The position numbers and the translations under genes were made by a program. The notes beneath the pieces are model-generated. The model was given only the letters and a program-made list of their open reading frames with translations. It was not told where the DNA came from and searched no databases. DNA of 64,000 nucleotides, from assembly GCA_943361925.1 (NCBI GenBank), contig CALRIT020000018.1, positions 20,346 to 84,345 of the forward strand, in the 5' to 3' direction. This document shows, piece after piece, positions 30,342 through 40,454 of this stretch (within the stretch, counting starts at the first letter, position 1; every line of letters starts with the position of its first letter). Origin of the DNA: Vulcanococcus limneticus LL (GTDB taxonomy: Bacteria; Bacteroidota; Bacteroidia; UKL13-3).

Positions 30342-30428
30342 ATTGTAAATTCTTTAATAAACAAACATGATTAAATTATAAAAAGCCGTAATTTGGCAGC
30401 GCAAAAGTATATTACTATTAGCAGTTAA

Positions 30429-31481
30429 ATGAAAGAAATTTTCACAAAAGAATATAAGATTTATTTTGGAAACGATGTTTTGGAGCAACTTTCTGAAACA
30501 CTGATAGAAATGTCGTATTCTAAAGTCTTTGTTTTAATCGACGAAAACACAAAAAAGTATTGTTGGCCAATTTTAAGTTCTTATTTGCTTGATACAATTA
30601 CTATTGAAATTAAATCAGGGGAGGCTAGTAAAAATATCCAAACTGCATCAAAAGTTTGGGAAAGTCTTCAGGAAAATTTCGCAGACAGACGCGCCGTTTT
30701 AATTAATTTGGGTGGTGGAGTGCTTTCTGATTTGGGCGGTTTTGTTGCTGCTACTTACAAAAGAGGAATAGATTTTATTAATATTCCAACAACACTTCTT
30801 GCTATGGTTGATGCTTCAGTAGGAGGGAAACAAGGCTTAGATATGGATTCACATAAAAATGTGGTAGGATTATTTAAACATCCAACTTCAATTTTTATTT
30901 ATCCTGATTTCCTTAAAACCCTTGAAAAATCAGAACTTAAAAATGGTTTTGTTGAACTTTGTAAACATGGTTTAATTGATGATAAAAAACTATGGGATAA
31001 ATTACAAGGGACAGATGAAAATAACTTAGAACTTTTAAATCCTTTGATATATCAATCTATAAAAATTAAGGTTGCTATTGTGAAAAAGGATCCTTTAGAA
31101 AAAGATATCAGAAAATCACTCAATTTTGGTCATACAATCGGGCATGCTTTTGAAACATTTAGTTTAATTCATGATAAAAAGCCACTTAAACATGGTGAAG
31201 CAGTAGTTATAGGAATAATTTGTGAAGCCTGGTTAAGTATGAATAAAGGATGGATTACACAGAGTGAACTTGAAAATATTAAGTCATTCTTTATTAATCG
31301 TTTTCCGGTTTATAAACATCAACTTAACATGGAATTGCTCTTGCAATACATGCGAAATGATAAAAAGAATCAAAATGGACAAATCAATTTTAGCCTTCTT
31401 AAAAAAGTTGGAAAATCTAAAATTGATATTACTTGTACCGACCAAACTATTATAGATTCAATTCAATATTACCTATCCTAA
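30429..31481 (+). CDS. aroB: 3-dehydroquinate synthase
   Basis: GGGVLSDLGGFVAATYKRGI, VDASVGGK and GHTIGHA motifs. Confidence 0.9.
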   Translation: MKEIFTKEYKIYFGNDVLEQLSETLIEMSYSKVFVLIDENTKKYCWPILSSYLLDTITIEIKSGEASKNIQTASKVWESLQENFADRRAVLINLGGGVLSDLGGFVAATYKRGIDFINIPTTLLAMVDASVGGKQGLDMDSHKNVVGLFKHPTSIFIYPDFLKTLEKSELKNGFVELCKHGLIDDKKLWDKLQGTDENNLELLNPLIYQSIKIKVAIVKKDPLEKDIRKSLNFGHTIGHAFETFSLIHDKKPLKHGEAVVIGIICEAWLSMNKGWITQSELENIKSFFINRFPVYKHQLNMELLLQYMRNDKKNQNGQINFSLLKKVGKSKIDITCTDQTIIDSIQYYLS

Positions 31482-31484
31482 ACA

Positions 31485-32744
31485 ATGAGTATTTGGCAAG
31501 TAAATGCATCAGAAAAGGAATTTGATTCCATAATAAATTTACCTGCCTCAAAAAGTATCAGTAACAGAGCTTTAATCATTCAATCTTTATTGAAGAATTT
31601 CAATAGTAACTTCAATGTTAAAATTGAAAATCTATCAAAGGCTGATGATACGCTAATCATGTTAGATTCAATTTCATCAGAAAATGAACTGATTTATGTT
31701 AAAAATGCAGGAACTTGTATGCGTTTTTTAACAGCCTATTTTTCATGTTTACCCGGTGTTTGTAAAATCTTGGATGGTGATGAAAGAATGAAAAATAGAC
31801 CAATATCAGCTTTAGTTAATGCTTTACGTCAATTAGGTGCTGATATTGAATATCTTGAAAGTGAAGGATTTCCTCCACTAAAAATTCAAGGTAAAAAATT
31901 AAATCCAGCCCAAAATTTAGTAATTGATGATAGCCAAAGTAGTCAGTTTTTAAGTGCAGTTCTTCTCGTTTCACCTTTTTTAGAATACAAGAGTAGTTTC
32001 TCCTGGAATCCTAATTCAGATTCGGCATCCTATAATAAGATGACTATTGATGTATTAAATAGTTTTGGTATTAAAACGGAACTTTCTGAAAACCGAATTT
32101 TAGTTTATCCTATTTCGACAAATTTTACTTTCAATCCTAATTATACAATAGAGTCTGATTGGAGTTCAGCTGCATTTTTTTATGAAGCAATGGCTCTTCA
32201 AAAGAAAGGCAAACTCTTCCTGAATAAGCTTTTTTCAAAAAGTATTCAAGCAGATTCAGCTTTAATTGGTTTCATGGAAAAATTTGGGGTTCAAACTGAA
32301 TTTCATGAAAATGGGATAGAAATTAGTTTTAATCCTGAATTAATTGAACCAAATTCCAAATTAGATTGTAGACAAAATCCTGATTTAGTTCCTGCTTTGG
32401 TATGTGTTGCAGCATGTCAGAATTTCTCTTCAGAATTTATTGGTTTGTCTAAATTAAATTATAAAGAAAGTAGACGTTTGGATGAATTAGTTATACATTT
32501 AAAAAAGCTAAACTGGGAACTTTTATTTGATTCAGAAAGCATCAGTTTAATTTCAAATTCCGGTTATCAAACTGATTTCATCTTTAATACTGCTAAAGAC
32601 CATAGAATGGTGATGGCTTACGCGATGTTAGCATTTCAATTCAAAAATATATCTTTGAATGAGGTTCATTGGGTTGATAAGTCGTTTCCAGATTTTTGGG
32701 AAGAGGCCTTAAATATCGGCTTAACTAAACTCGAATTAGTTTAA
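31485..32744 (+). CDS. aroA: 3-phosphoshikimate 1-carboxyvinyltransferase (EPSP synthase)
   Basis: LPASKSISNRALI, NAGTCMRFL, ERMKNRPI and DHRMVMA motifs. Confidence 0.9.
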   Translation: MSIWQVNASEKEFDSIINLPASKSISNRALIIQSLLKNFNSNFNVKIENLSKADDTLIMLDSISSENELIYVKNAGTCMRFLTAYFSCLPGVCKILDGDERMKNRPISALVNALRQLGADIEYLESEGFPPLKIQGKKLNPAQNLVIDDSQSSQFLSAVLLVSPFLEYKSSFSWNPNSDSASYNKMTIDVLNSFGIKTELSENRILVYPISTNFTFNPNYTIESDWSSAAFFYEAMALQKKGKLFLNKLFSKSIQADSALIGFMEKFGVQTEFHENGIEISFNPELIEPNSKLDCRQNPDLVPALVCVAACQNFSSEFIGLSKLNYKESRRLDELVIHLKKLNWELLFDSESISLISNSGYQTDFIFNTAKDHRMVMAYAMLAFQFKNISLNEVHWVDKSFPDFWEEALNIGLTKLELV

Positions 32745-32745
32745 T

Positions 32746-33849
32746 ATGGCAGGAAGTATTTTTGGAGATATGTTTAAAATAAGCACATTTGGTGAAAGTC
32801 ATGGTGCTGCAATTGGCGTTGTTATTGATGGTTGTCCAGCAGGTTTAAAAATCGATTATTCATTAATAAAAAGTGATTTAGAACGAAGGAAACCCGGTCA
32901 GTCCAGCATATCAACTCAAAGAAATGAAACTGAAGAATTTGAAATTTTGAGTGGTGTGTTTGATGGTATTTCATTAGGTACACCAATAGCAATAATTGTT
33001 AGAAATAAAGACCAGCGTTCATCAGATTATAATGATATAAAAAACGTTTTTCGTCCTTCACATGCTGATTTTACTTATCAGGAAAAATACGGTTTTAGAG
33101 ACCATAGGGGAGGTGGCCGACAATCGGCAAGAGAAACAGTTGCAAGAGTGCTGGCAGGTTCAATTGCCAAAATGATTTTAAATGAATTTGGAATTAAAAT
33201 TCAAGCAGCTGTAAGTGGAATTGGTGGAGTTGAAAAATCAAACTATGATGAACTAAACTTTGAATTTGCAGAATCCAATATCTTAAGATGCGGATATGAA
33301 GATTTATATGAATCAATGTTAGCAAAAGTAGAATTGGCAAAAGCAGAAGGTGATTCAGTTGGAGGTATCATAAGTTGTATTTGTTCCTCTGTACCTGTGG
33401 GTTTAGGAGAACCGGTTTTTGATAAATTACATGCCGATTTGGCGAAAGCCATGTTAAGTATAAATGCTGTAAAAGGCTTTGAAATTGGCTCTGGATTTGA
33501 AGGAACCAAGCAATTTGGGTCTAAACAGAATGATGAATTTATGTCAAATTCCGGACAAATTTCAACCAAAACTAACCACAGTGGAGGTATTCAGGGCGGA
33601 ATTTCAAATGGTCAGAATATTGAATTTAAAGTAGCATTTAAACCGGTAGCAAGTATTTCAAAATCGCAAAAAACTATAAATTCTGATTTGGAAGAGGTTG
33701 ATTTGCAGGTAAATGGCCGTCATGATTCTTGCGTTGTTCCAAGAGCTGTTCCTATTGTTGAAGCAATGGCATCTATTTGTCTGGTTAATCATATATTAAA
33801 CCGACCTTCAAATCAGATACAAGGCCTAAAACGTTTTTTTGATATATAA
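32746..33849 (+). CDS. aroC: Chorismate synthase
   Basis: FGESHG, RPSHADFTY, GGGRQSARET and GRHDSCVVPRA motifs. Confidence 0.95.
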   Translation: MAGSIFGDMFKISTFGESHGAAIGVVIDGCPAGLKIDYSLIKSDLERRKPGQSSISTQRNETEEFEILSGVFDGISLGTPIAIIVRNKDQRSSDYNDIKNVFRPSHADFTYQEKYGFRDHRGGGRQSARETVARVLAGSIAKMILNEFGIKIQAAVSGIGGVEKSNYDELNFEFAESNILRCGYEDLYESMLAKVELAKAEGDSVGGIISCICSSVPVGLGEPVFDKLHADLAKAMLSINAVKGFEIGSGFEGTKQFGSKQNDEFMSNSGQISTKTNHSGGIQGGISNGQNIEFKVAFKPVASISKSQKTINSDLEEVDLQVNGRHDSCVVPRAVPIVEAMASICLVNHILNRPSNQIQGLKRFFDI

Positions 33850-33851
33850 TA

Positions 33852-35714
33852 ATGACTATATTTCACCCAATGAAGAAATTTATATTAGGGGCTCTTTTGA
33901 GTCTTTTTATTATTCAGGCTGATGCCCAAAAAAAAGCACCATGTTTAACTGATGAACATTATGCGGAAATGGTTTCAAAAAATCCTGAACTAAAATCTTT
34001 TGAAGATATGAGCAATTTTCAAATTAGAAATGCTCAGAATAACCTTAGAAAAGCTGGTGTTGTTAGATACATACCGGTTGTATTTCATGTAATTCATAAG
34101 TGGGGAGTTGAAAATATTTCTCAACAACAAATTCAAGATGCCATACGTGTTTTGAATGAAGATTTTAGAAAAAAAGCAGGAACAAATGGTGGAACCAGCA
34201 CAGATGCAAAAGCTGTTGATATGGAATATGAATTCAGACTTGCACAGTATGACCCTAACGGAAATCCTACATCAGGTGTAAACAGACTATATAGCACAGC
34301 TACCGATAATGCAAGAGATAATACTAAATCTTTATCTATTTGGGATGCAAAAAAATACTTAAATGTTTGGATTGTAAATACAATTCAAAACACAACTGGA
34401 GACCCTAATTCAATTGTTTTAGGTTATGCTCAGTTTCCATTTATGTTAAACACAAGTGCTAGCACAGATGGTGTTGTTTTAAGGTCTGATCAAGCGGGAG
34501 TTATTGAAATTGGAAAACCGGATCAGGCAGGAAGAACATTGACTCATGAAGTTGGACATTGGGTTGGTTTGTATCACCCATTTCAAGGTGGATGTGTAGG
34601 TAATACAAGTGCAAGTTGCGCTAGTCAAGGTGACCAAGTTTGTGATACTCCTCCGGTTGAAAGCTCAACTTCAGGTTGCCCATCAAGCAGAAATTCTTGT
34701 ACAAACGATGTTCCTGAATTACCTGATTTGGTGAAAAATTATATGGATTATGCAGATGGAACTTGCATGAACATGTATACGAGTGGTCAAAAAGCCAGAG
34801 CTGATGCATCAATGACAGCATTTAGAGCTTTATCATATAGCACTTCTAATTTAGCTGCAGCAGGATTAAATACAGATGGTACTTATAAGCCTTTAACTGC
34901 TTCAACCAGAAAAGCACCTTATACTTTTGGTTTTAATTCAAATGAAGTGAATGGTTCAGGTTGGACTACTGAAAATTATACAAGTCCTGGTGATAGTGGT
35001 TGGAACATATCGGCTACAGCTGCTTTTTCTGGAAATGGCGCTATGAGAGCCAGAAATTTATTAAACAACAGATTAGGTGGTTTAAGAAATGCATTTTGTT
35101 CCCCAAGTATTGATATCTCCGGATTAAGTTCACCGAGTTTGAGTTTTTATTTAGCATATGCCAAAAGAATTTCAGCAAGCAATGACAGATTAAGAATTTA
35201 TATTTCTGATAATTTTGGTAGAACAGAAGAATTAGTGAAAACCTATTCAACTGCAGAAATGGAAACAGGAAATTTATCTACAATTGAATTTGTTCCAAGT
35301 GGTCCTGCTCAATGGAAAAAAATTACGATAGATTTATCAGCATATAAAACATACAAAAATTGTAGAATCAGATTTGAATTAAGTTCATTAAGAGGTAACA
35401 ATATTTATGTAGATGAATTTTCAATTGCTGAACCAACTGGAATTTCAGATGAATTAAAGCAAAGTTTAGGATTTAATTTTTATCCTAATCCAAGTAATAA
35501 TAAATCAACACTGATTTTCAGGAATTCCCAAAATCAGGATATAACATTAGAATTTTTTGATATCGATGGAAAAATAATTTTGTCAGAAAATAAATTTATG
35601 AATATCGGTAACCAAGAAATTGAAATTAATACTCAAAATTGGGCCCCGGGGATTTATTTACTTCAAATGAAAACTAGCGAAGGCATCATAAATCATAGGG
35701 TAATAAAAAATTAA
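33852..35714 (+). CDS. Secreted M43-family (pappalysin/cytophagalysin-like) zinc metalloprotease with a MAM-like domain and a T9SS type-A CTD
   Basis: Metzincin motif HEVGHWVGLYH followed by a Cys-rich segment. C-terminal FYPNPSNNKSTLIF...GIYLLQMKTSEGIINHRVIKN is the sorting domain. The signal peptide fits better with Met at 33870. Confidence 0.85.
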   Translation: MTIFHPMKKFILGALLSLFIIQADAQKKAPCLTDEHYAEMVSKNPELKSFEDMSNFQIRNAQNNLRKAGVVRYIPVVFHVIHKWGVENISQQQIQDAIRVLNEDFRKKAGTNGGTSTDAKAVDMEYEFRLAQYDPNGNPTSGVNRLYSTATDNARDNTKSLSIWDAKKYLNVWIVNTIQNTTGDPNSIVLGYAQFPFMLNTSASTDGVVLRSDQAGVIEIGKPDQAGRTLTHEVGHWVGLYHPFQGGCVGNTSASCASQGDQVCDTPPVESSTSGCPSSRNSCTNDVPELPDLVKNYMDYADGTCMNMYTSGQKARADASMTAFRALSYSTSNLAAAGLNTDGTYKPLTASTRKAPYTFGFNSNEVNGSGWTTENYTSPGDSGWNISATAAFSGNGAMRARNLLNNRLGGLRNAFCSPSIDISGLSSPSLSFYLAYAKRISASNDRLRIYISDNFGRTEELVKTYSTAEMETGNLSTIEFVPSGPAQWKKITIDLSAYKTYKNCRIRFELSSLRGNNIYVDEFSIAEPTGISDELKQSLGFNFYPNPSNNKSTLIFRNSQNQDITLEFFDIDGKIILSENKFMNIGNQEIEINTQNWAPGIYLLQMKTSEGIINHRVIKN

Positions 35715-35721
35715 CACAGCA

Positions 35722-35756
35722 AAAAGGCTACTTCTAAAAAAAGTAGCCTTTTTTGC
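35722..35756 (+). terminator. Intrinsic terminator after the M43 protease gene
   Basis: AAAAAGGCTACTT-ctaaaaa-AAGTAGCCTTTTTT. A second small hairpin plus T-run (GACAG-taaaa-CTGTCTTTTTT) follows within about 30 nt. Confidence 0.75.
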
Positions 35757-35920
35757 AAATCGACAGTAAAACTGTCTTTTTTAATAGAATTTTAGGTATA
35801 AAATCACCTTTCTTTTCATAAGTAAAGGATAAGAATTAACGACATAAATTTTGATTTTTCAGAACTTGCTGTTGTTTTGCAGATAGAAGAAACGTGTTAG
35901 AATAGAAAAAAAAGAGAAAG

Positions 35921-38317
35921 ATGGCGAAGAATTTAGTAATAGTTGAGTCACCGGCAAAAGCAAAAACAATAGAAAAGTTTTTGGGTTCGGATTATACGGT
36001 GAAATCGTGTTTTGGTCATATCAGAGATTTGGCCAAAGGTGATGAAGCCATTGATGTGAAAAATAATTTCACTCCTTCATATGAAGTGAGTGATGATAAA
36101 AAGGCAATAGTTGCTGAGTTAAAAAAACTATCTAAGGAGGCTGAAATAGTTTGGTTAGCATCCGACGAAGACCGAGAGGGAGAAGCCATTAGCTGGCATC
36201 TTAGTGAGGTTTTGAAATTAGATGATGCAAAAACAAGAAGAATCGTTTTTCATGAAATCACCAAACCAGCAATTGTTAAAGCTATAGCAAATCCAAGAGG
36301 AATTGATAGAAATTTAGTTGATGCACAACAAGCTCGTCGTGTTTTAGATAGATTGGTTGGTTTTGAACTATCACCTGTTTTATGGAAAAAGGTTAAAGCA
36401 AATCTTTCTGCAGGAAGAGTACAATCGGTTGCTGTTAAACTTATTGTTGATAGAGAAAGAGAAATCAATTCATTCAATACAACATCTGCATTTAGAATAA
36501 TTGCCAGATTTAATGTTAGTGGCAAACAAATGGATGCTGAATTGGCTAAACGTTTTGAAACAGAAGCAGAAGCTCAGGCTTTTCTTGAAAAATGCACCGG
36601 TGCAAAATTCAATATTTCAAATTTAGAAGTTAAACCAGCTGAAAAAACACCTGCTCCGCCTTTTACAACTTCAACCTTACAACAAGAAGCAAGCAGAAAA
36701 CTTGGTTATGGTGTAAGTACTACCATGAGTATTGCTCAGAAATTGTATGAAAACGGATTGATTACTTACATGCGTACTGATAGTGTTAATTTATCTGAAT
36801 TAGCTATTGGTGCAGCTAAAAAACATATCACTGAAACTTTCGGAGAGAAATATAGTCGCCCAATGCGCTATACAACCAAAAACGATAGTGCTCAAGAAGC
36901 TCACGAAGCAATACGTCCTACTTATTTCGAAAATGTAGAAATAGATGGTACAAACCAGGAAAAACGTTTATACGATTTGATTTATAAAAGAGCAATTGCA
37001 TCTCAAATGGCAAAAGCTCAAATCGAAAGAACTTTAGCAACAGTTTCAATTTCAGGATTACCTGAAACATTATTGGCAACAGGTGAAGTTCTTAAGTTTG
37101 ATGGATTCTTAAAGGTATATCTTGAAAGTACCGATGAAGAAGGAGATGATGAAAATAGCAAAATGCTCCCTCCATTAAATAAAGGTGAAGAATTGTTGCT
37201 GAAGAATATGGAAGCCAGTCAACGTTATACGCGTCCTGCTGCCAGATATACTGAAGCTAGTTTAGTTAAAAAAATGGAAGAATTGGGAATTGGTCGTCCT
37301 TCAACTTATGCGCCAACCATTTCAACTATTCAAAAAAGAGGTTATGTTATTAAAGAGGATAGAGAAGGTAAAGACCGTCCTTTTGTTGTATTAACTTTAG
37401 AAAAAGAAAAAATAAGCAGGGAAGAAAAGTCTGAAAAATTTGGAAGTGAAAAATCTAAATTATTCCCTAGTGATATAGGAATGTTGGTTACTGATTTTTT
37501 AAGTAAACATTTCGAACAAATTATGGATTATGGCTTTACTGCCAGTGTTGAAGAAGAGTTTGATAAAATTGCTTCAGGACAATTAGTATGGAATAAAATG
37601 ATTGAAAAGTTTTATGGTCCATTTCATATTGGAGTAACTAAAACCAGTGAAACTGCTGAACGTCAAAATGCGGAACGTTTATTGGGAAATGATCCTGAAT
37701 CGGGATTACCTGTTTATGTAAAAGTGGGTCGTTTTGGACCTTTTGCTCAAATTGGAGAAAATAGCGAAGAAGGCAAAGAAAAGCCTAGATATGCAAGCTT
37801 AAGATCAGGACAATTAATTGAAACTATTACTTTAGTTGAAGCCATGGATTTGTTTAAATTACCTCGTGTAATTGGTAATTTTGAAGGCAAAGACATGAAA
37901 GCTGCAATAGGAAGATTTGGTCCTTATATCATGCACGATAGTAAGTTTATTTCTATCCCTAAAACAGATGATGTATTTGCAATTACTTCTGAAAGAGCAA
38001 TTGAATTAATTGAAACAAAAAGAATTAGTGATGCTAATAAACTGATTAAGATTTTTGCTGAAGATGAAAATGTTAAAATCTTAAACGGTCGTTGGGGTCC
38101 TTATATTTCTAGAGGTAAGGATAATTTCAAAATTCCTAAAACTCAAAAAGCTGATGAATTAAAGTATTCAGATGTTTTAGAAATTATTAAAGCTGAAGGA
38201 AAATCTGAGTCGAGTTCAAAAGCAGCAAATAAAACAGCACCTAAAAAAGTTGCAGTAAAAAAAACTGCGGCTAAGAAAACGCCAGCTAAAAAATCAGCAT
38301 CAAAAAAGGCAAAATAA
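35921..38317 (+). CDS. topA: DNA topoisomerase I with a Lys/Ala-rich basic C-terminal tail
   Basis: TOPRIM N-terminus (LVIVESPAKAKTIEKFLG), the active-site region ITYMRTDS, and a C-terminal tail KAANKTAPKKVAVKKTAAKKTPAKKSASKKAK. Confidence 0.95.
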   Translation: MAKNLVIVESPAKAKTIEKFLGSDYTVKSCFGHIRDLAKGDEAIDVKNNFTPSYEVSDDKKAIVAELKKLSKEAEIVWLASDEDREGEAISWHLSEVLKLDDAKTRRIVFHEITKPAIVKAIANPRGIDRNLVDAQQARRVLDRLVGFELSPVLWKKVKANLSAGRVQSVAVKLIVDREREINSFNTTSAFRIIARFNVSGKQMDAELAKRFETEAEAQAFLEKCTGAKFNISNLEVKPAEKTPAPPFTTSTLQQEASRKLGYGVSTTMSIAQKLYENGLITYMRTDSVNLSELAIGAAKKHITETFGEKYSRPMRYTTKNDSAQEAHEAIRPTYFENVEIDGTNQEKRLYDLIYKRAIASQMAKAQIERTLATVSISGLPETLLATGEVLKFDGFLKVYLESTDEEGDDENSKMLPPLNKGEELLLKNMEASQRYTRPAARYTEASLVKKMEELGIGRPSTYAPTISTIQKRGYVIKEDREGKDRPFVVLTLEKEKISREEKSEKFGSEKSKLFPSDIGMLVTDFLSKHFEQIMDYGFTASVEEEFDKIASGQLVWNKMIEKFYGPFHIGVTKTSETAERQNAERLLGNDPESGLPVYVKVGRFGPFAQIGENSEEGKEKPRYASLRSGQLIETITLVEAMDLFKLPRVIGNFEGKDMKAAIGRFGPYIMHDSKFISIPKTDDVFAITSERAIELIETKRISDANKLIKIFAEDENVKILNGRWGPYISRGKDNFKIPKTQKADELKYSDVLEIIKAEGKSESSSKAANKTAPKKVAVKKTAAKKTPAKKSASKKAK

Positions 38318-38318
38318 T

Positions 38319-39272
38319 ATGCTTTCTGAATCTGAAATTAAATCTTTAATTACACTTCTTGAGGATGATGATCCCGAAGTTGCCAGTATTATAGAAGATA
38401 GAATTCTATCTATTGGGGCCGAAATGATTCCTCATCTTGAATCTGAATGGCCTTTAATTAGAGATATTGAACATCAACAAAAAGTAGAAAACATCATTCA
38501 TAAAATTCAATTTCATGAATTGTTGAATGAGTTCAAGGTTTGGTTAAATACTGAAAAGCAAGATTTGTTTGAGGCTTGTTATTTGGTAGCAAAATATAAA
38601 TTTCCTGAACTTCAAAAGGAGACACTAAGTGTTCAAATCGAAAAAATAAGAATGGATGCATGGTTAGAAATGCATTATGATTTGAGTCCTTATGAAAGAG
38701 TGAAAATTTTAAATTATGTTTTTTACCAGATACATGGATTTAAAGGAAATACGGAGAATTATCACGATCCTAAAAATTCCTTTTTAAATCAGGTTTTAGA
38801 AAGCAAAAAGGGCAACCCTATTATGCTTGCCATTGTTTATATTCTTGTTGCACAAAAGCTGAATATTCCCATTTTTGGTGTGAATTTGCCTCAACATTTT
38901 GTGATGGCTTATATGGATAGTGTAGTTTCCGGAAATTTAGATGCCTTATATAAAACCGAACCCATGGAAAGTAAAAAAGATGGACAGGTTTTGTTTTATA
39001 TCAATGCATTTAATTTAGGAGCAGTATTTTCAAAAGCCAACCTTGAGCAATTTTTAAAGCAAGTTGGAATCGAGCCTAAGTTCGAGTTTTTTCAACCATG
39101 CTGCAATTTAGATATTGTAAAAAGGATTTTAAGAAACCTAAGTGCTGCCTACGAAAAGTCGAATAAAATCTATAAGCAAAAAGAAATACAAGAGATTTTA
39201 TTGTTACTCGGAGAGCCCAATTTGAATATATATTCTGAGTTTTCTACAGAAGATCCGGAACCTGAAGAGTAA
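38319..39272 (+). CDS. SirB1/YchA-like transglutaminase-fold protein
   Basis: The F.G....Y.DP.NSFLN.VLE...G.PI.LA.VY..VA.KL..P..GVN.P.HF pattern matches the SirB1 N-terminal transglutaminase-like family. Confidence 0.7.
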   Translation: MLSESEIKSLITLLEDDDPEVASIIEDRILSIGAEMIPHLESEWPLIRDIEHQQKVENIIHKIQFHELLNEFKVWLNTEKQDLFEACYLVAKYKFPELQKETLSVQIEKIRMDAWLEMHYDLSPYERVKILNYVFYQIHGFKGNTENYHDPKNSFLNQVLESKKGNPIMLAIVYILVAQKLNIPIFGVNLPQHFVMAYMDSVVSGNLDALYKTEPMESKKDGQVLFYINAFNLGAVFSKANLEQFLKQVGIEPKFEFFQPCCNLDIVKRILRNLSAAYEKSNKIYKQKEIQEILLLLGEPNLNIYSEFSTEDPEPEE

Positions 39273-39385
39273 TTTTTAGAAATATGTAATTTGTTTTTTT
39301 ATTACATAATTTTCTTATCATTGTTTCACCAAACCACCTTGCCTTAAAGTTCCACCATTTCCAGTTAAACTTAATTTAATTGAAA

Positions 39386-40453
39386 ATGAAAAGTATTCTT
39401 ATTAATGGAACTGGAAGTTTTATTCCTGAAAAAATTGTTTCTAATGAGCAGTTTTTAAACAATCATTTTTTTAATTCTGATGGAAGTAAAATTCCAAATT
39501 CCAATGAAGTAATCATTAGGAAATTCAAGGATATTACCGGAATTGAAAACAGACGTTATGCTTCTGATAACGAACTATCATCTGATTTGGCTTTAAAAGC
39601 CTCCTTGATAGCCATTGAAGAATCGGGTATTGATAAGGAAAATTTAGATGGCATTATAATGGCCCATAATTTTGGTGATATTCCATTAAATAGTATTCAA
39701 ACTGATGTATTACCAAGTTTAGCTTCAAGAGTAAAGCATCACCTTGGTATAAAAAATCCAGAATGTTTTGCATTTGATATTTTATTTGGTTGTCCGGGTT
39801 GGGTCCAAGGTGTAATTTTAGCCAAACAATACATTTTAGCAGGTGGTGGTAAGAATTATTTGGTAATAGGTTCTGAGACTTTATCAAGGGTTGTAGATCC
39901 ATTCGACAGAGACTCTATGATCTTTGCAGACGGAGCAGCAGCTGCTGTAATTAGCGAAATAGAAACTGCAGATAAAAAAGGAATTTTGGCTACTGCATGC
40001 AGAAGTTTTACTGAACATGAAGCCTATTTTCTTCATTATGATGAATCGAATAATAAAGATTTAAATACCGGCACCAGGTATATAAAAATGGAAGGTAGAA
40101 AGATTTATGAATTTGCTTTGATTCAGGTTCCTGCAGCGATGAAAGCTTGTTTAGATAAATCAGGGGTTGATATATCTGATTTAAAGAAGGTATTTATTCA
40201 TCAGGCTAATGAAAAAATGGATGAAGCAATTATTCATCGTTTTTATGAATTATATGGTAAAAAGGCCCCTGAGAATATAATGCCTATGAGTATTCATGAA
40301 TTAGGAAACAGCTCTGTCGCCACTGTTCCAACCTTAATTGATTTAGTTTTAAAGGGCCACAAAAGCGGACATCAGATTAATGAAGGAGATGTTGTTTTGT
40401 TAGCTTCGGTTGGAGCCGGAATGAATGTAAATGCAATAGTTTATAAGTTTTAA
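39386..40453 (+). CDS. 3-oxoacyl-ACP synthase III family (FabH-like) enzyme
   Basis: Active-site Cys context (FGCPGWVQG), HQANEKM (His) and GNSSVATVP (Asn) motifs. The first ATG is at 39386. Confidence 0.85.
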   Translation: MKSILINGTGSFIPEKIVSNEQFLNNHFFNSDGSKIPNSNEVIIRKFKDITGIENRRYASDNELSSDLALKASLIAIEESGIDKENLDGIIMAHNFGDIPLNSIQTDVLPSLASRVKHHLGIKNPECFAFDILFGCPGWVQGVILAKQYILAGGGKNYLVIGSETLSRVVDPFDRDSMIFADGAAAAVISEIETADKKGILATACRSFTEHEAYFLHYDESNNKDLNTGTRYIKMEGRKIYEFALIQVPAAMKACLDKSGVDISDLKKVFIHQANEKMDEAIIHRFYELYGKKAPENIMPMSIHELGNSSVATVPTLIDLVLKGHKSGHQINEGDVVLLASVGAGMNVNAIVYKF

Positions 40454-40454
40454 A

